Positions 39,772-49,779 are shown, numbered from the stretch's first letter. The stretch: DNA of 64,000 bases from Fusicatenibacter sp. (GCA_050872605.1 JBNMHD010000009.1), one strand, 5' to 3'. Numbers and translations: made by a program. The notes: generated by a model from the letters alone, not told the origin.

Positions 39772-40653
39772 TCAGTTTTGTTCTGTTACCTGATTGACCT
39801 GATAATACTGTTCTACAAAGCTGACGAATTCCATGATGGCAGGGCTTAAAAAGCACCGGTCTGACATCATCATCCACACTTTTCTGCTCACAATATCACC
39901 ATGGCGGTCATACACCGGAAGCTTCTGCAGCTTCTCTTCGTTGATCTTCCATTTGGAGCCGAACACAAAAGTAACACCGATTCCGCTCTCTACCATCTCG
40001 ATGGCAATGTCGGCATGCGTTACCGTATACGTATCCCTTGGAATCTCCCCGAAATGGCTCTGCCACCACTGATTGACCATCAGCTTTACCAGCGGATTGT
40101 AATACGATTCGATCAGTGTATATTTCTCGATGTCTTCGAACCGTACCCCTTTTTGTGTCACCATATACATTTCTTCATCCAGCAGACAGACTTTCTCCCC
40201 GATATAAGGATAGTCACCGCAGATGATTCCAATATCAATGCTTCCGCTGGTGAGTTGCTGAATGATGTTGTCACTCGTATTCGATACCGTCCGGATCTGA
40301 AGGTGATTATACTGCTCCAGATACTGCATCAGCATCTGCGGCATATGAATCCGGGCAAAAGAATTTGGGACACCGATTTTCAGGATATCTTTTTTGACGG
40401 TTCCGTTAAAGTGCTGTTCGATCTCCTTCAGAAAATCAATCATGATATTTGCCTTTTTTACCAGGTAAATTCCATCCTCTGTAAATTCCACGCCCTGGCT
40501 GCTGCGCCTTACGACTTCAATATTCCACTCTTCTTCGATGGCACGGACCCGCTTGGTCAGTGCGGACTGCGTCATATACAATGCTTCTGCCGCCTTGGTC
40601 ATGCTCTTCTTTTCATATAAAACAACCAGAATTTTCCAGTCAATTTCCTTCAT
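39772..40653 (-). CDS. LysR-family transcriptional regulator
   Basis: 293 aa with the N-terminal wHTH 'SMTKAAEALYMTQSALTKRVRAIEEEW'. Confidence 0.9.
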   Translation of the reverse strand: MKEIDWKILVVLYEKKSMTKAAEALYMTQSALTKRVRAIEEEWNIEVVRRSSQGVEFTEDGIYLVKKANIMIDFLKEIEQHFNGTVKKDILKIGVPNSFARIHMPQMLMQYLEQYNHLQIRTVSNTSDNIIQQLTSGSIDIGIICGDYPYIGEKVCLLDEEMYMVTQKGVRFEDIEKYTLIESYYNPLVKLMVNQWWQSHFGEIPRDTYTVTHADIAIEMVESGIGVTFVFGSKWKINEEKLQKLPVYDRHGDIVSRKVWMMMSDRCFLSPAIMEFVSFVEQYYQVNQVTEQN

Positions 40654-41533
40654 GTTTTTCTTTGTTCTTTTCTGAAATCTCTTTTTCTACATAGGTTACA
40701 AATTCTTCCAGATGCGGGGAGAGGCGTTTGTTTTTCGAATACAGAAACCAGGTGTTTCTCGTCACCGGTCTGCCGTCCAGCGTTTCCAGCGGTGTCAGGC
40801 AGAGATGATGCTCATTTTCGAAATGGGCCGGCAGAAAACAGATCGTATAGCCCACGCCTCTTGCGATCAGCTGCCACGCCACGTCAACGTATCCTACCAC
40901 CATGCCGGACGGAAATTCGTTTTCAAATCGTTCCTCCCACCATGCATGGAGCAGTTCCATTGTGCGGTCATTCGTCTTGTAGCCCAGATACTGCATCGAC
41001 GGCAGTTCTTCGAAAGTAACCGGCTCTTTTGTCACAAGATACGCGGCATCTTTTCCGATCAGCCGCCGGTTCACAACGCCCTCATAATCTCCGCGGATAA
41101 AGCCCACATCAATGGATTCATCCAGCATCTTGCGGAACAGCACGTTGCTCTGTTCGTTTATGATGCTGAAATTGATATTCGGATGGTCCCTGCGGTAAGC
41201 AAGAAGAAGATCCGAAAGGGAATATTTACTGAAGGTATAGGAAGATCCGATCACAATCTCTCCTTTCGATTTTTCCTTCATCCCTTTCAGTTCTTCTCTT
41301 GTCTTTTTCAGGAATTTCAGATATTCCTCCGCTTTTTCTGCCAGAAAGTCTCCTTCCCTCGTAAACTCCAGTCCTTTGGGGGTGCGGTTTACAATCTGTA
41401 TCTGAAATTCCTCTTCCATATGCTGAATCCTTTTTGTCAGAGATGGCTGCGTCATATACAGCAGATTTGCCACCTTTGTCATATTTGGATTTTTATGCAG
41501 TTCATATAAAATTTCCCAGTCCGAATCCTTCAT
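40640..41533 (-). CDS. LysR-family transcriptional regulator (second tandem copy)
   Basis: About 297 aa from the ATG at 41533, 8 nt after AAGGAG. wHTH 'NMTKVANLLYMTQPSLTKRIQHMEEEF'. It overlaps the downstream LysR gene by 14 nt. Confidence 0.9.
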   Translation of the reverse strand: MKDSDWEILYELHKNPNMTKVANLLYMTQPSLTKRIQHMEEEFQIQIVNRTPKGLEFTREGDFLAEKAEEYLKFLKKTREELKGMKEKSKGEIVIGSSYTFSKYSLSDLLLAYRRDHPNINFSIINEQSNVLFRKMLDESIDVGFIRGDYEGVVNRRLIGKDAAYLVTKEPVTFEELPSMQYLGYKTNDRTMELLHAWWEERFENEFPSGMVVGYVDVAWQLIARGVGYTICFLPAHFENEHHLCLTPLETLDGRPVTRNTWFLYSKNKRLSPHLEEFVTYVEKEISEKNKEKHEGN

Positions 41534-41574
41534 CTTTCGATCTCCTTTTGAAATCACGCATTTTCTCCTGTCAT

Positions 41575-41603
41575 TTTACCACAAAACAGGCACCGGGTCA
41601 AAA
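41575..41603 (-). promoter_or_regulatory. sigma-A promoter for the LysR pair (TTGACC-17-TAAAAT with TG extension)
   Basis: Hexamers at 41598-41603 and 41575-41580 with 17-nt spacing, and TGg immediately upstream of the -10. Confidence 0.55.
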
Positions 41604-41635
41604 AATGTCTGATTTTCAGCGAGATCTTTTTTTAT

Positions 41636-42817
41636 TTATGCATTTTTCAGGTTTCGGATGGTATCCAGAAGATAATCGGTAAATTCAGCCGCACTTGCAT
41701 CCTCCGGGAATGTCGTCACGACGAGTTTTTTCTCGGTTACGGTGCAGATTTCCAGTGCCTCATCCAGAAGACGGCTGCGGTCTCCATAACCGATATGCAC
41801 CAGCATCTGTCCGATGGCACGGATCAGACTGCATGGGTTGGCATACGCGCCTCTGTTGTGGGAAATCAGATACGGTGCGGTGCCGTGGATCGCCTCAAAC
41901 AGGGCATACCGGTTTCCGATATTGGAGGAGCAGGCATTTCCAAGGCCGCCTGCGTGCTCTGCCGCAACATCGGTCACGATATCGCCGTAGAGGTTCGGAA
42001 GCACAACGACTTCAATTCCCTGGTTAAAGCTTTCATCGAGCATCTTCGCACACATAGCATCCACCAGGCGCTCCTGAATTTCGATTTCCGGATACTCTTC
42101 TCCGACTTTACGGACTGCCTTGATAAAATTACCGTCTGCCAGTTTTACGATATTGGCTTTCGTCACAATCGTCACATTTTTCTTTCCGTTCTTTCTGGCA
42201 AACTCGAACGCTGCTCTTGCGATGCGTTCGCTTCCCTGTTTCGTCTGAACCTTAAAGTCTACGGCAAGATCCTCATCTACCTGAATGCCTTTGTCGCCCC
42301 AGATATACTCGCCCTCGATGTTTTCCCTAAAGAACGTCCAGTCAATGTTTTTGTCCGGAATCTTAATCGGCCGTACCGCCGCGAAAAGTTCCAGCTCTCT
42401 TCGAAGCAGACTGTTGGCGCTGACCAGGTTCGGCAGGCCTTCTCCGGCTCTCGGCGTTACCATCGGGCCTTTCACCAGCACATCACATGCTTTGATTTCC
42501 GGAATGATATCCGACGGCAGGCTTTCCATCTTTGCCACACGGTTTTCAATCGTCATGCCCTCGATCGTTCTTACCTCGATTTTTCCGCTTTTGATTTCAT
42601 CACCGGCAAGCTCATTTAAAACGCGGAGTGCCTGCTCCATCAGAATCGGTCCTACGCCGTCGCCCGGCAGAATGCCAACGATGATTTTTTCTTTCTTCTT
42701 GAAATCGGTCAGCTCCTGTGACTCCTTCATCCGTTCAATTCGTTTCGATTCCTGCTCAATCAGGGCCCCAAATTTTTCCTGCGCCTGTTTCACATGTTCC
42801 TGTGTGATTCCGCTCAT
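41636..42817 (-). CDS. icd: isocitrate/isopropylmalate dehydrogenase-family protein, probable NAD(P)-isocitrate dehydrogenase
   Basis: 393 aa with 'ILPGDGVGPI', 'LFAAVRP', 'NLYGDIVTDVAAEHAGGLG' and 'FEAIHGTAP'. It lies directly downstream of the aconitase. Confidence 0.8.
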   Translation of the reverse strand: MSGITQEHVKQAQEKFGALIEQESKRIERMKESQELTDFKKKEKIIVGILPGDGVGPILMEQALRVLNELAGDEIKSGKIEVRTIEGMTIENRVAKMESLPSDIIPEIKACDVLVKGPMVTPRAGEGLPNLVSANSLLRRELELFAAVRPIKIPDKNIDWTFFRENIEGEYIWGDKGIQVDEDLAVDFKVQTKQGSERIARAAFEFARKNGKKNVTIVTKANIVKLADGNFIKAVRKVGEEYPEIEIQERLVDAMCAKMLDESFNQGIEVVVLPNLYGDIVTDVAAEHAGGLGNACSSNIGNRYALFEAIHGTAPYLISHNRGAYANPCSLIRAIGQMLVHIGYGDRSRLLDEALEICTVTEKKLVVTTFPEDASAAEFTDYLLDTIRNLKNA

Positions 42818-42836
42818 AGATGTTACCTCCGTTTTC

Positions 42837-44786
42837 CTAGTTTTCTAACTGTTTCTTTAAATAGCGGAGCTGTCCGCCGCTTAATACTACATCGATTTCA
42901 TTGTCGGTCAGATCGAGATTAACCTCAAACACCGTCTCTTTCGTTACGTTTTTCACCTGTACTTTTCTGGTCGGGATCTGATCGAGAAGCTGTGTGATTT
43001 CCAGCTCATCTCCCTGGTCGATCTTGTCATAATCTGCCGGATCTGCAAACAGCATCGGAATGATTCCATGGTTGACCAGATTTCCTTTGTGAATGCGGGC
43101 AATACTCTTGGCAATGACGCATTTCACGCCAAGATACATCGGATTGATGGCCGCATGCTCTCTCGAGGAGCCCTGTCCGTAATTCTCGCCGCCCACGATA
43201 ATGCTTTTGCCGAGCTCTTTTGCTCTTGCCGCAAAATCCGGTGCATATCTGTGGTAGCAGTACTGCGACATCAGCGGGATATTGGAGCGCATGCTGGAAA
43301 ATTCTGCGCTGGCCGGTGTGATATCGTCGGTGGAAATATTGTCTCCGCCTTTCAGGCTGACCGGCACTTTCAGATACTGCTCCGGCACATCCGGTACCGG
43401 GAGAAATTTGATATTTGGTCCGCGGACGATTTCGACTTCCTTTGCTTCTTCCTCCGGAAGCGGCGGGATAATCATATTGTCGTTGATATCGTATTCGTCC
43501 GGCTCTTTGATTTCGGCCAGTTTTGCCACATCGCTGCTAAGGATATCTTCTGCGGTTGCAAAGGTTCCCATGATGGCTGTTGCTGCTGCACTCTCCGGGC
43601 TGACCAGATAGATTTTGGCATTCGGGTTGCCGGCTCTTCCCTTGAAGTTACGATTGGAGGTACGCACGGCCACACCCTCCGTCGCCGGGGTCTGTCCGAT
43701 CGCACAGCACGGTCCGCAGGCAATTTCCAGGAAGCGCACACCGGCATCGATCATCATATCAACATAACCGTCGCGGAGCAGTGCTTTATACGTCTGTCTG
43801 GAATTGACGGCACATGTACAGCTCACATTATCGTTGACTTTTCTTCCCTGGAAGACCAGTGCGGCTTTTGCCACATCTGCATAACTTGTATTCGTACAGC
43901 TTCCGATGAAGACCTGCTGCACCGGAAGTTTTTCCACTTCCCGCATCGGTTTTACATTATCCGGCTGATGCGGACATGCCACCAGCGGCTCCAGTTCACT
44001 TAAGTTGATCTGGATCTCTTCGTCATACTCGGCATCTTTGTCCGGAAGAAGTTCGACGTATGCATCCTCTCTTCCCTGCGCTTTCATGAATTTATGTACC
44101 TGCTCATCCGCCGGGAAAATTGAAGTGGTAGCTCCCATCTCCGCACCCATATTGGTGATGGTCGCACGCTCCGGCACTTCCAGTGTTGCCGCACCCGGTC
44201 CCACGTACTCGTATACATTTCCAAGACCGCCTTTGATCGTAACCTTCCGCAGCATTTCGAGAATGACTTCTTTGGCATTCACACCCGGCTGCAGTTTTCC
44301 GGTCAGATTGACTTTAATCACACGCGGCATCTTCAGTCGCATCGGAACACCTGTCATCGCCGTTGCAACATCCATTCCGCCTACACCGATGCAGAGCATG
44401 CCGATCGAGCCGCCGTGCGGGGTGTGGCTGTCGCCTCCCATACTGATTTTCCCAGGCGCTCCAAATCGTGCCACATGAACGGTATGACAGATTCCATTTC
44501 CCGGTCTGGATACGTAGACGCCGAATTTTTTTGCCGCAGATGTCAGATAAATATGGTCGTCCGGTGTTTTGTGGTCGACATAGAGCAGATTGTGATCCAG
44601 ATAGCTGACGCTGCATTCCGTGCGGACACGATCAAGGCCGATGGCTTCAAAGGCAAGATACGTCATAACTGCATTAATGTCATGGGTCAGTGTCTGATCC
44701 ACTTTGATAAAAACTTCTTCCCCCGGAACCAGGCTTCCGGATACATAGTGTGATTCAATAATTTTTCTGGTTAATGATTTTCCCAA
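42837..44786 (-). CDS. acn: aconitate hydratase (bacterial ~650-aa type)
   Basis: 'GGDSHTPHGG', 'IGSCTNTSY', 'ACGPCCAIGQ' and 'SNRNFKGRAG'. I chose the TTG start at 44786, 7 nt after AGGAGG; the ORF-track start at 44876 has no RBS. Confidence 0.85.
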   Translation of the reverse strand: MGKSLTRKIIESHYVSGSLVPGEEVFIKVDQTLTHDINAVMTYLAFEAIGLDRVRTECSVSYLDHNLLYVDHKTPDDHIYLTSAAKKFGVYVSRPGNGICHTVHVARFGAPGKISMGGDSHTPHGGSIGMLCIGVGGMDVATAMTGVPMRLKMPRVIKVNLTGKLQPGVNAKEVILEMLRKVTIKGGLGNVYEYVGPGAATLEVPERATITNMGAEMGATTSIFPADEQVHKFMKAQGREDAYVELLPDKDAEYDEEIQINLSELEPLVACPHQPDNVKPMREVEKLPVQQVFIGSCTNTSYADVAKAALVFQGRKVNDNVSCTCAVNSRQTYKALLRDGYVDMMIDAGVRFLEIACGPCCAIGQTPATEGVAVRTSNRNFKGRAGNPNAKIYLVSPESAAATAIMGTFATAEDILSSDVAKLAEIKEPDEYDINDNMIIPPLPEEEAKEVEIVRGPNIKFLPVPDVPEQYLKVPVSLKGGDNISTDDITPASAEFSSMRSNIPLMSQYCYHRYAPDFAARAKELGKSIIVGGENYGQGSSREHAAINPMYLGVKCVIAKSIARIHKGNLVNHGIIPMLFADPADYDKIDQGDELEITQLLDQIPTRKVQVKNVTKETVFEVNLDLTDNEIDVVLSGGQLRYLKKQLEN

Positions 44787-44880
44787 GATGTTTCCTCCTT
44801 TTTGCTTCTTTCCGATTCTTGTTGCTGTCTTTAGTATAGCGGATACTTCTTTCGAAATGAAATTGTATAAAGTCATGTGC

Positions 44881-46122
44881 TTATTCCGAAATGGAATCCC
44901 CTTTTTCTTTGCTTTCCATATAGCGGCTCATGCCCTCCGCCGCAATTTTGGCACCCGCTACCGCATGAACCACAGTTTTGGAACCATGGACGACATCACC
45001 GGCTGCAAACACGCCTTCTTTTGTTGTCATTCCATTTTCATCCACAAGGAGAAGTCCCTGCTCGGAAGCCTCGAGTCCTACAGTTGTACGAACCAGCTTT
45101 CTTCGCGGCCCCTGGCTGATGGAAATGATCGTCGAATCTGCCTCGACCTGCTCTTCTTCCTCTTCGAAGCCAATGATTTTGTTGTTTTCATCGAGAATCG
45201 AATTGACAAAAACAGGACCCTTCTCTGTGATCCGCCGGATCTCTTTTCCAAATACGAACTCCGCCCCGTCAAGCTGTGCATACGCCACTTCATTGGAGCT
45301 TGCCGCAATTCTCGTTCCTCTCGCGTATAAGGTCACCTGGCGGGCACCGTTTCGAAGCGCCGTTCTTGCCACGTCCATCGCTGCATTTCCCATGCCGATG
45401 ATGGCTACCTTTTCTCCGAGATGGTACGCTTTCGGGCTTGCCAGATAATCAATTCCAAAATGAACATTTCCCAGACACTCTCCTTCAATCCCGAGATTTC
45501 TGGCCTTCCATACACCGGTTCCCACAAAAATGGCGGCGTATCCGTCCCGGAGCAGATCATCAATCTTCAGGACAGCTCCTATCGTCGTATTCGGCCTGAT
45601 CTGGATGCCAAGCTGCCGCATCTGTTTTTCATACCGTTCCAGAATCTGCTTGGACAGCCGGAATTCCGGTATTCCATACTGCGTGATGCCGCCGATTTTG
45701 TCCTTCCACTCAAAAACCGTCACCGGATATCCTTTTTTCGCCAGGGTAATGGCCACCGTCATGCCTGCCGGGCCGGCTCCGATCACAGCCGCTTTCTGTG
45801 TCTTTTTTTCTGCTGCCTTCACCTGCATCCGGTCCAGATACGTATCTGAGAGATACGTTTCAATGCTGGAAAAATGAACCGGCGTTCCTTTTCTGCCCAG
45901 CACGCAGTTTCCCGCACACTGTTTTTCGTGATTACAGACAATCGAACAGATCACGGACATCGGATTGTTTTCAAACAGTATTTCTCCGGCTTCCAGTACC
46001 TTGTTTTCCTTGAACAGCTGGATGACCTTCGGGATCGGCGTATGAACCGGACATCCCTGCTGGCACATCGGTTTTTTACAATTTAAGCATCTGTTTGCTT
46101 CGTCAATAATATGCAGTCCCAT
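44881..46122 (-). CDS. NADPH-dependent glutamate synthase small-chain-like oxidoreductase (GltA/SudA type)
   Basis: About 413 aa from the ATG at 46122. N-terminal Fe-S 'CLNCKKPMCQQGCP' and two dinucleotide folds, 'VIGAGPAGM' and 'IIGMGNAAMD'. Confidence 0.8.
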   Translation of the reverse strand: MGLHIIDEANRCLNCKKPMCQQGCPVHTPIPKVIQLFKENKVLEAGEILFENNPMSVICSIVCNHEKQCAGNCVLGRKGTPVHFSSIETYLSDTYLDRMQVKAAEKKTQKAAVIGAGPAGMTVAITLAKKGYPVTVFEWKDKIGGITQYGIPEFRLSKQILERYEKQMRQLGIQIRPNTTIGAVLKIDDLLRDGYAAIFVGTGVWKARNLGIEGECLGNVHFGIDYLASPKAYHLGEKVAIIGMGNAAMDVARTALRNGARQVTLYARGTRIAASSNEVAYAQLDGAEFVFGKEIRRITEKGPVFVNSILDENNKIIGFEEEEEQVEADSTIISISQGPRRKLVRTTVGLEASEQGLLLVDENGMTTKEGVFAAGDVVHGSKTVVHAVAGAKIAAEGMSRYMESKEKGDSISE

Positions 46123-46320
46123 ATTTTTTTCTCCCTTCCGCCTGCTTTTTCTTGCTCTCATCATAGCCCGAAACAGAATTCTTTGGAAAATTCTGTTTTT
46201 CTATATACGGATTCCGAAAGGGAATTGCCCGATCTCTTCCCATTTTCCTTCTTTTCCGGTATGATTGCAGTAGACAAAATCCCATACGGCATGGTATGTT
46301 TGAAGAAGGAGGAATTCAAT

Positions 46321-47739
46321 ATGACCTATCCGGCATCCGAAAAAAAATCTGGAAAAGAAGTTACTTTAGCCCAAATGCTGGAGGCAAGAGAACGGCGTGC
46401 GTTTCACCAGAAAGAGCTCCTTTCCAAGTTCCGCAGACCTCTCCTTAGTTTCACCATGAATATTGCAGGACCGGTCAAGAACTCAGAGCTGATCCGCAGA
46501 GGCTTTGCGAAAGGTTTGTCTGATCTCCGGCAGCAGCTCACACGCCAGAAAGCCGGGATTCTTTTTGAGGAAGTTTTTTCGGATATCACGGGAAATGAAG
46601 CCTTTCTCGTTGTCGATATCGACGGAAAAGAATTAAAGGAACTCTCCTGCGAGCTGGAGGATCAGAATGACCTAGGACGGCTTTACGATATGGATGTGCT
46701 GGTACCCTCTTCGGATGTGCCTTTTTTTTCAAGAAAGCTGGACCGCACCGAGATTGGAAAACCGCACCGCGTCTGTCTGATCTGCGGTGCTCCGGCAAAA
46801 GAGTGTGCTTCCCGCCGTCTTCACAGCGTGGAAGAACTGCAGGCAAAAACAGAATCCATTCTGAAAAATGCTCTGCTGGAACAGGATGCAGTCCTTATCG
46901 CCGGTCTTGCCGTGCGTTCTCTTCTCTATGAAGTGAGTGTCACGCCAAAGCCCGGCCTTGTCGACCGTGCCAACAACGGAAGCCACAGAGATATGAATTT
47001 TTATTCGTTTCTGAACAGCGCCTCTGCCCTATGGCCCTACTTTCACGAATGTGTACGGCTCGGACAGGAATACACCGGCTGTGCGCCGGAACTTCTTCCC
47101 GACCTTTTTACCCGGCTGCGTCTTCCAGGTAAACTGGCGGAAAACGAGATGCTGTACGCCACGGGCGGTGTCAATACCCACAAAGGAGCGATTTTCAGCA
47201 TGGGCATTCTCTGCGCCGCACTCGGTGCTGCCCTGCCTTCCCAGCGGAAACAGCCGGAAGAGATTTTAAAGCTCTGCTCGCTTCTGACAAACGGCATTAC
47301 AACGTATGATTACGCCGGTCTCACAAAAGAGAACGCCAGAACTGCCGGGCAGCGGTTTTACGTCATGTATGGAATTACGGGAATCCGCGGGGAAATGGAA
47401 AACGGACTCCCTGTTGTTTCCCGGTACGGTCTTCCGCTTCTCGAGCAGCTGCTTTCTGAGGGAAAAAGCGAAGATGAGGCAGGTGCTGCCGTTCTGCTCA
47501 CGATTATGGCGCATATGACAGACACCAATCTGATCGCCAGAAGTAATCTGAAAACGCAAAAGACCGTTTCCGCTCAGGTGCAGAACGTAATCGAAGCAGA
47601 TAACTGCCCGGGAACCGCCCTGCTCGATGAAATGAATGAACAGTTTATGGAACAAAATCTGTCTCCCGGCGGAAGTGCGGATCTGCTTGCCGTATGCTGG
47701 ATGCTTCACTTTGTTAAAGAGGAGCCTCTGCTTCACTGA
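46321..47739 (+). CDS. citXG: fused CitX-CitG: apo-citrate lyase phosphoribosyl-dephospho-CoA transferase + triphosphoribosyl-dephospho-CoA synthase
   Basis: 472 aa from the ATG at 46321, which follows AAGGAGGAA. The N-terminal 'VTLAQMLEARERRAFHQ' is CitX-like. The C-terminal 'VTPKPGLVDRANNGSHRDM...GGSADLLA' is CitG-like. Confidence 0.85.
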   Translation: MTYPASEKKSGKEVTLAQMLEARERRAFHQKELLSKFRRPLLSFTMNIAGPVKNSELIRRGFAKGLSDLRQQLTRQKAGILFEEVFSDITGNEAFLVVDIDGKELKELSCELEDQNDLGRLYDMDVLVPSSDVPFFSRKLDRTEIGKPHRVCLICGAPAKECASRRLHSVEELQAKTESILKNALLEQDAVLIAGLAVRSLLYEVSVTPKPGLVDRANNGSHRDMNFYSFLNSASALWPYFHECVRLGQEYTGCAPELLPDLFTRLRLPGKLAENEMLYATGGVNTHKGAIFSMGILCAALGAALPSQRKQPEEILKLCSLLTNGITTYDYAGLTKENARTAGQRFYVMYGITGIRGEMENGLPVVSRYGLPLLEQLLSEGKSEDEAGAAVLLTIMAHMTDTNLIARSNLKTQKTVSAQVQNVIEADNCPGTALLDEMNEQFMEQNLSPGGSADLLAVCWMLHFVKEEPLLH

Positions 47740-47766
47740 TGCTGCTGCTTTTGAAAGGAACTTTTT

Positions 47767-48813
47767 ATGTGTGACACCTGCACCATTTCCCATATTTCCC
47801 CTGCAGATACGCGCCGTCTCGCCGAGATTGATGCACTGCTTCTGCAGGAGGGGATTCAAAGAGACAAAAATCTCGATGTGATCTGCGCTGTTTTTAACGA
47901 GCAGAACCGGATCATCGCCACCGGAAGCTGTTTTTTTAATACACTGCGCTGCTTTGCCGTTTCGAAAGAGTACAAAGGAGAAGGATTTTTCGCAAAGCTT
48001 CTGTCTCATCTGATTGAACTTCAGTTCCAGAAAGGGTATACCCATCTGTTTCTCTACACGAAACCGGAAACTGCGCCGCTGTTTGCCAGCCTCGGATTTT
48101 CTGAAATTGCCCGTGTGCCGGATACGCTTGCTTTCATGGAAAACAGACGCAGCGGATTTTCCGATTATCTGAAAAAACTTATGGAAACCAAAACGGACGG
48201 AAAGCAAAGCGCTATTGTGATGAACGCAAACCCGTTCACGCTGGGACACCAGTATCTGATCGAAACCGCAGCTTCTCGGTGTGATACACTGCATCTTTTT
48301 CTGATCAGCGAAGATGTCTCCCTTGTTCCGTTTTCCATCCGCAAACGGCTGGTCAAAGAAGGATGCGCCCATCTTTCGAATGTCGTTCTTCATGGCAGCG
48401 GTCCCTACATCATCAGCAATGCGACGTTTCCAAGCTATTTTCTGAAAGAAGAAACAGCGGTGATCCGCGGCCATGCACTGCTGGATCTTGCTGTCTTTGA
48501 AAAAATTGCTTCTGCTCTGCAGATTACCGAGCGGTATGTCGGCGAGGAACCCTTCAGCCTGGTAACCGGGCTTTACAACGAGATCATGGCAAACGAACTG
48601 CCAAAAGCAGGCATTGCCTGTCATATCATTCCGCGCAGAAAAACAGACGGCCGCACCATCAGTGCTTCTGCCGTCCGTTCCTGTTTAAAAAACGGCGATT
48701 TTGCTCTTCTTCGAACCCTGGTTCCGAATTCTGTTTACCGGTATTTTACATCCCCGGAAGCAGAACCCGTACTTTGGAAGATTCAGCACGCCGAATCTGT
48801 TATTCACTATTAA
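47767..48813 (+). CDS. citC: [citrate (pro-3S)-lyase] ligase
   Basis: 348 aa. N-terminal acetyltransferase-like domain plus the 'IVMNANPFTLGHQYLIETAA' adenylyltransferase motif, as in E. coli CitC. Confidence 0.9.
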   Translation: MCDTCTISHISPADTRRLAEIDALLLQEGIQRDKNLDVICAVFNEQNRIIATGSCFFNTLRCFAVSKEYKGEGFFAKLLSHLIELQFQKGYTHLFLYTKPETAPLFASLGFSEIARVPDTLAFMENRRSGFSDYLKKLMETKTDGKQSAIVMNANPFTLGHQYLIETAASRCDTLHLFLISEDVSLVPFSIRKRLVKEGCAHLSNVVLHGSGPYIISNATFPSYFLKEETAVIRGHALLDLAVFEKIASALQITERYVGEEPFSLVTGLYNEIMANELPKAGIACHIIPRRKTDGRTISASAVRSCLKNGDFALLRTLVPNSVYRYFTSPEAEPVLWKIQHAESVIHY

Positions 48814-48824
48814 GGAGTATACAA

Positions 48825-49700
48825 ATGGACACAAAAACTCAGGCATCGCAGCCTGCATTACAAACGTTAAAAGAATATGCTGTCATTACCGCAGCTGTTC
48901 TGATCATGGACATTGGAATTTATGTTTTTAAATTCCCCAACAATTTTTCTTTCGGCGGTGTATCCGGTATGGCCGTTGTCATCTGCCGGTTTCTTCCGTT
49001 CACTGCCTCACAGATCAACCTTTTTATCAACCTGCTGCTTCTGCTGGTTGGTTTTGCTGTGCTGGGTCGGAACTTCGGCGTCAAGACAGCCTACGTGACC
49101 GTGCTTTCCTCGGTTCTTCTGAACATTTTTGAAAAGCTGTTTCCGATGGCACATCCGCTTACCGATGAGATCATGCTGGAGCTCTGCTTTGCCATTATTC
49201 TTCCGGCACTGGCGGCAGCACTGCTGTTTTTTGAGAATGCCTCCGGCGGCGGCACGGACATCATCGCCATGATTATCAAAAAATACTCTACGATGAATAT
49301 CTCCACTGCCCTGCTGGTGACCGACCTCATTGTTGTCATCCTTGCATTCCTGATTTTCGATACCTTAACCGGACTTTGTTCGGTTCTCGGTCTGATGGCG
49401 AAAACACTGCTGATTGACAAAACGATTGAGCGGATGAAGCTGAATAAATTTTTTACGATTATCTCCAACAATCCGCAGCCGATCTGCGATTTCATCACAA
49501 AGGATCTCAATCACAGCGCAACCCTTTACGACGCCGTCGGCGCTTACTCCTACCAGCAGCGGACGGTCATTCTCACGGTTGTGGATGTCAAGCAGGCCGT
49601 CTATCTTCAGCGTTTTATTCATGATACCGAGCCGACCGCGTTTATTGCAATTACAAAGAGCAGTGAAATTATCGGAAAAGGCTTCATGAGTTATATCTGA
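48825..49700 (+). CDS. YitT-family membrane protein (C-terminal DUF2179)
   Basis: About 291 aa from the ATG at 48825, which follows AAGGAG. 'FKFPNNFSFGGVSG' and 'GGGTDI' are YitT hallmarks. Confidence 0.8.
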   Translation: MDTKTQASQPALQTLKEYAVITAAVLIMDIGIYVFKFPNNFSFGGVSGMAVVICRFLPFTASQINLFINLLLLLVGFAVLGRNFGVKTAYVTVLSSVLLNIFEKLFPMAHPLTDEIMLELCFAIILPALAAALLFFENASGGGTDIIAMIIKKYSTMNISTALLVTDLIVVILAFLIFDTLTGLCSVLGLMAKTLLIDKTIERMKLNKFFTIISNNPQPICDFITKDLNHSATLYDAVGAYSYQQRTVILTVVDVKQAVYLQRFIHDTEPTAFIAITKSSEIIGKGFMSYI

Positions 49701-49723
49701 TCGATTTAAACCATATTTTTCAC

Positions 49724-49763
49724 AAAAAAATCCGAAGGTTTTTGACACCTTCGGATTTCTTTG
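49724..49763. terminator. bidirectional terminator between yitT and ctc
   Basis: Perfect 10-bp stem ATCCGAAGGT / ACCTTCGGAT flanked by an A-tract and a T-tract. Confidence 0.85.
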
Positions 49764-49779
49764 TATATGTTTATTCTGT

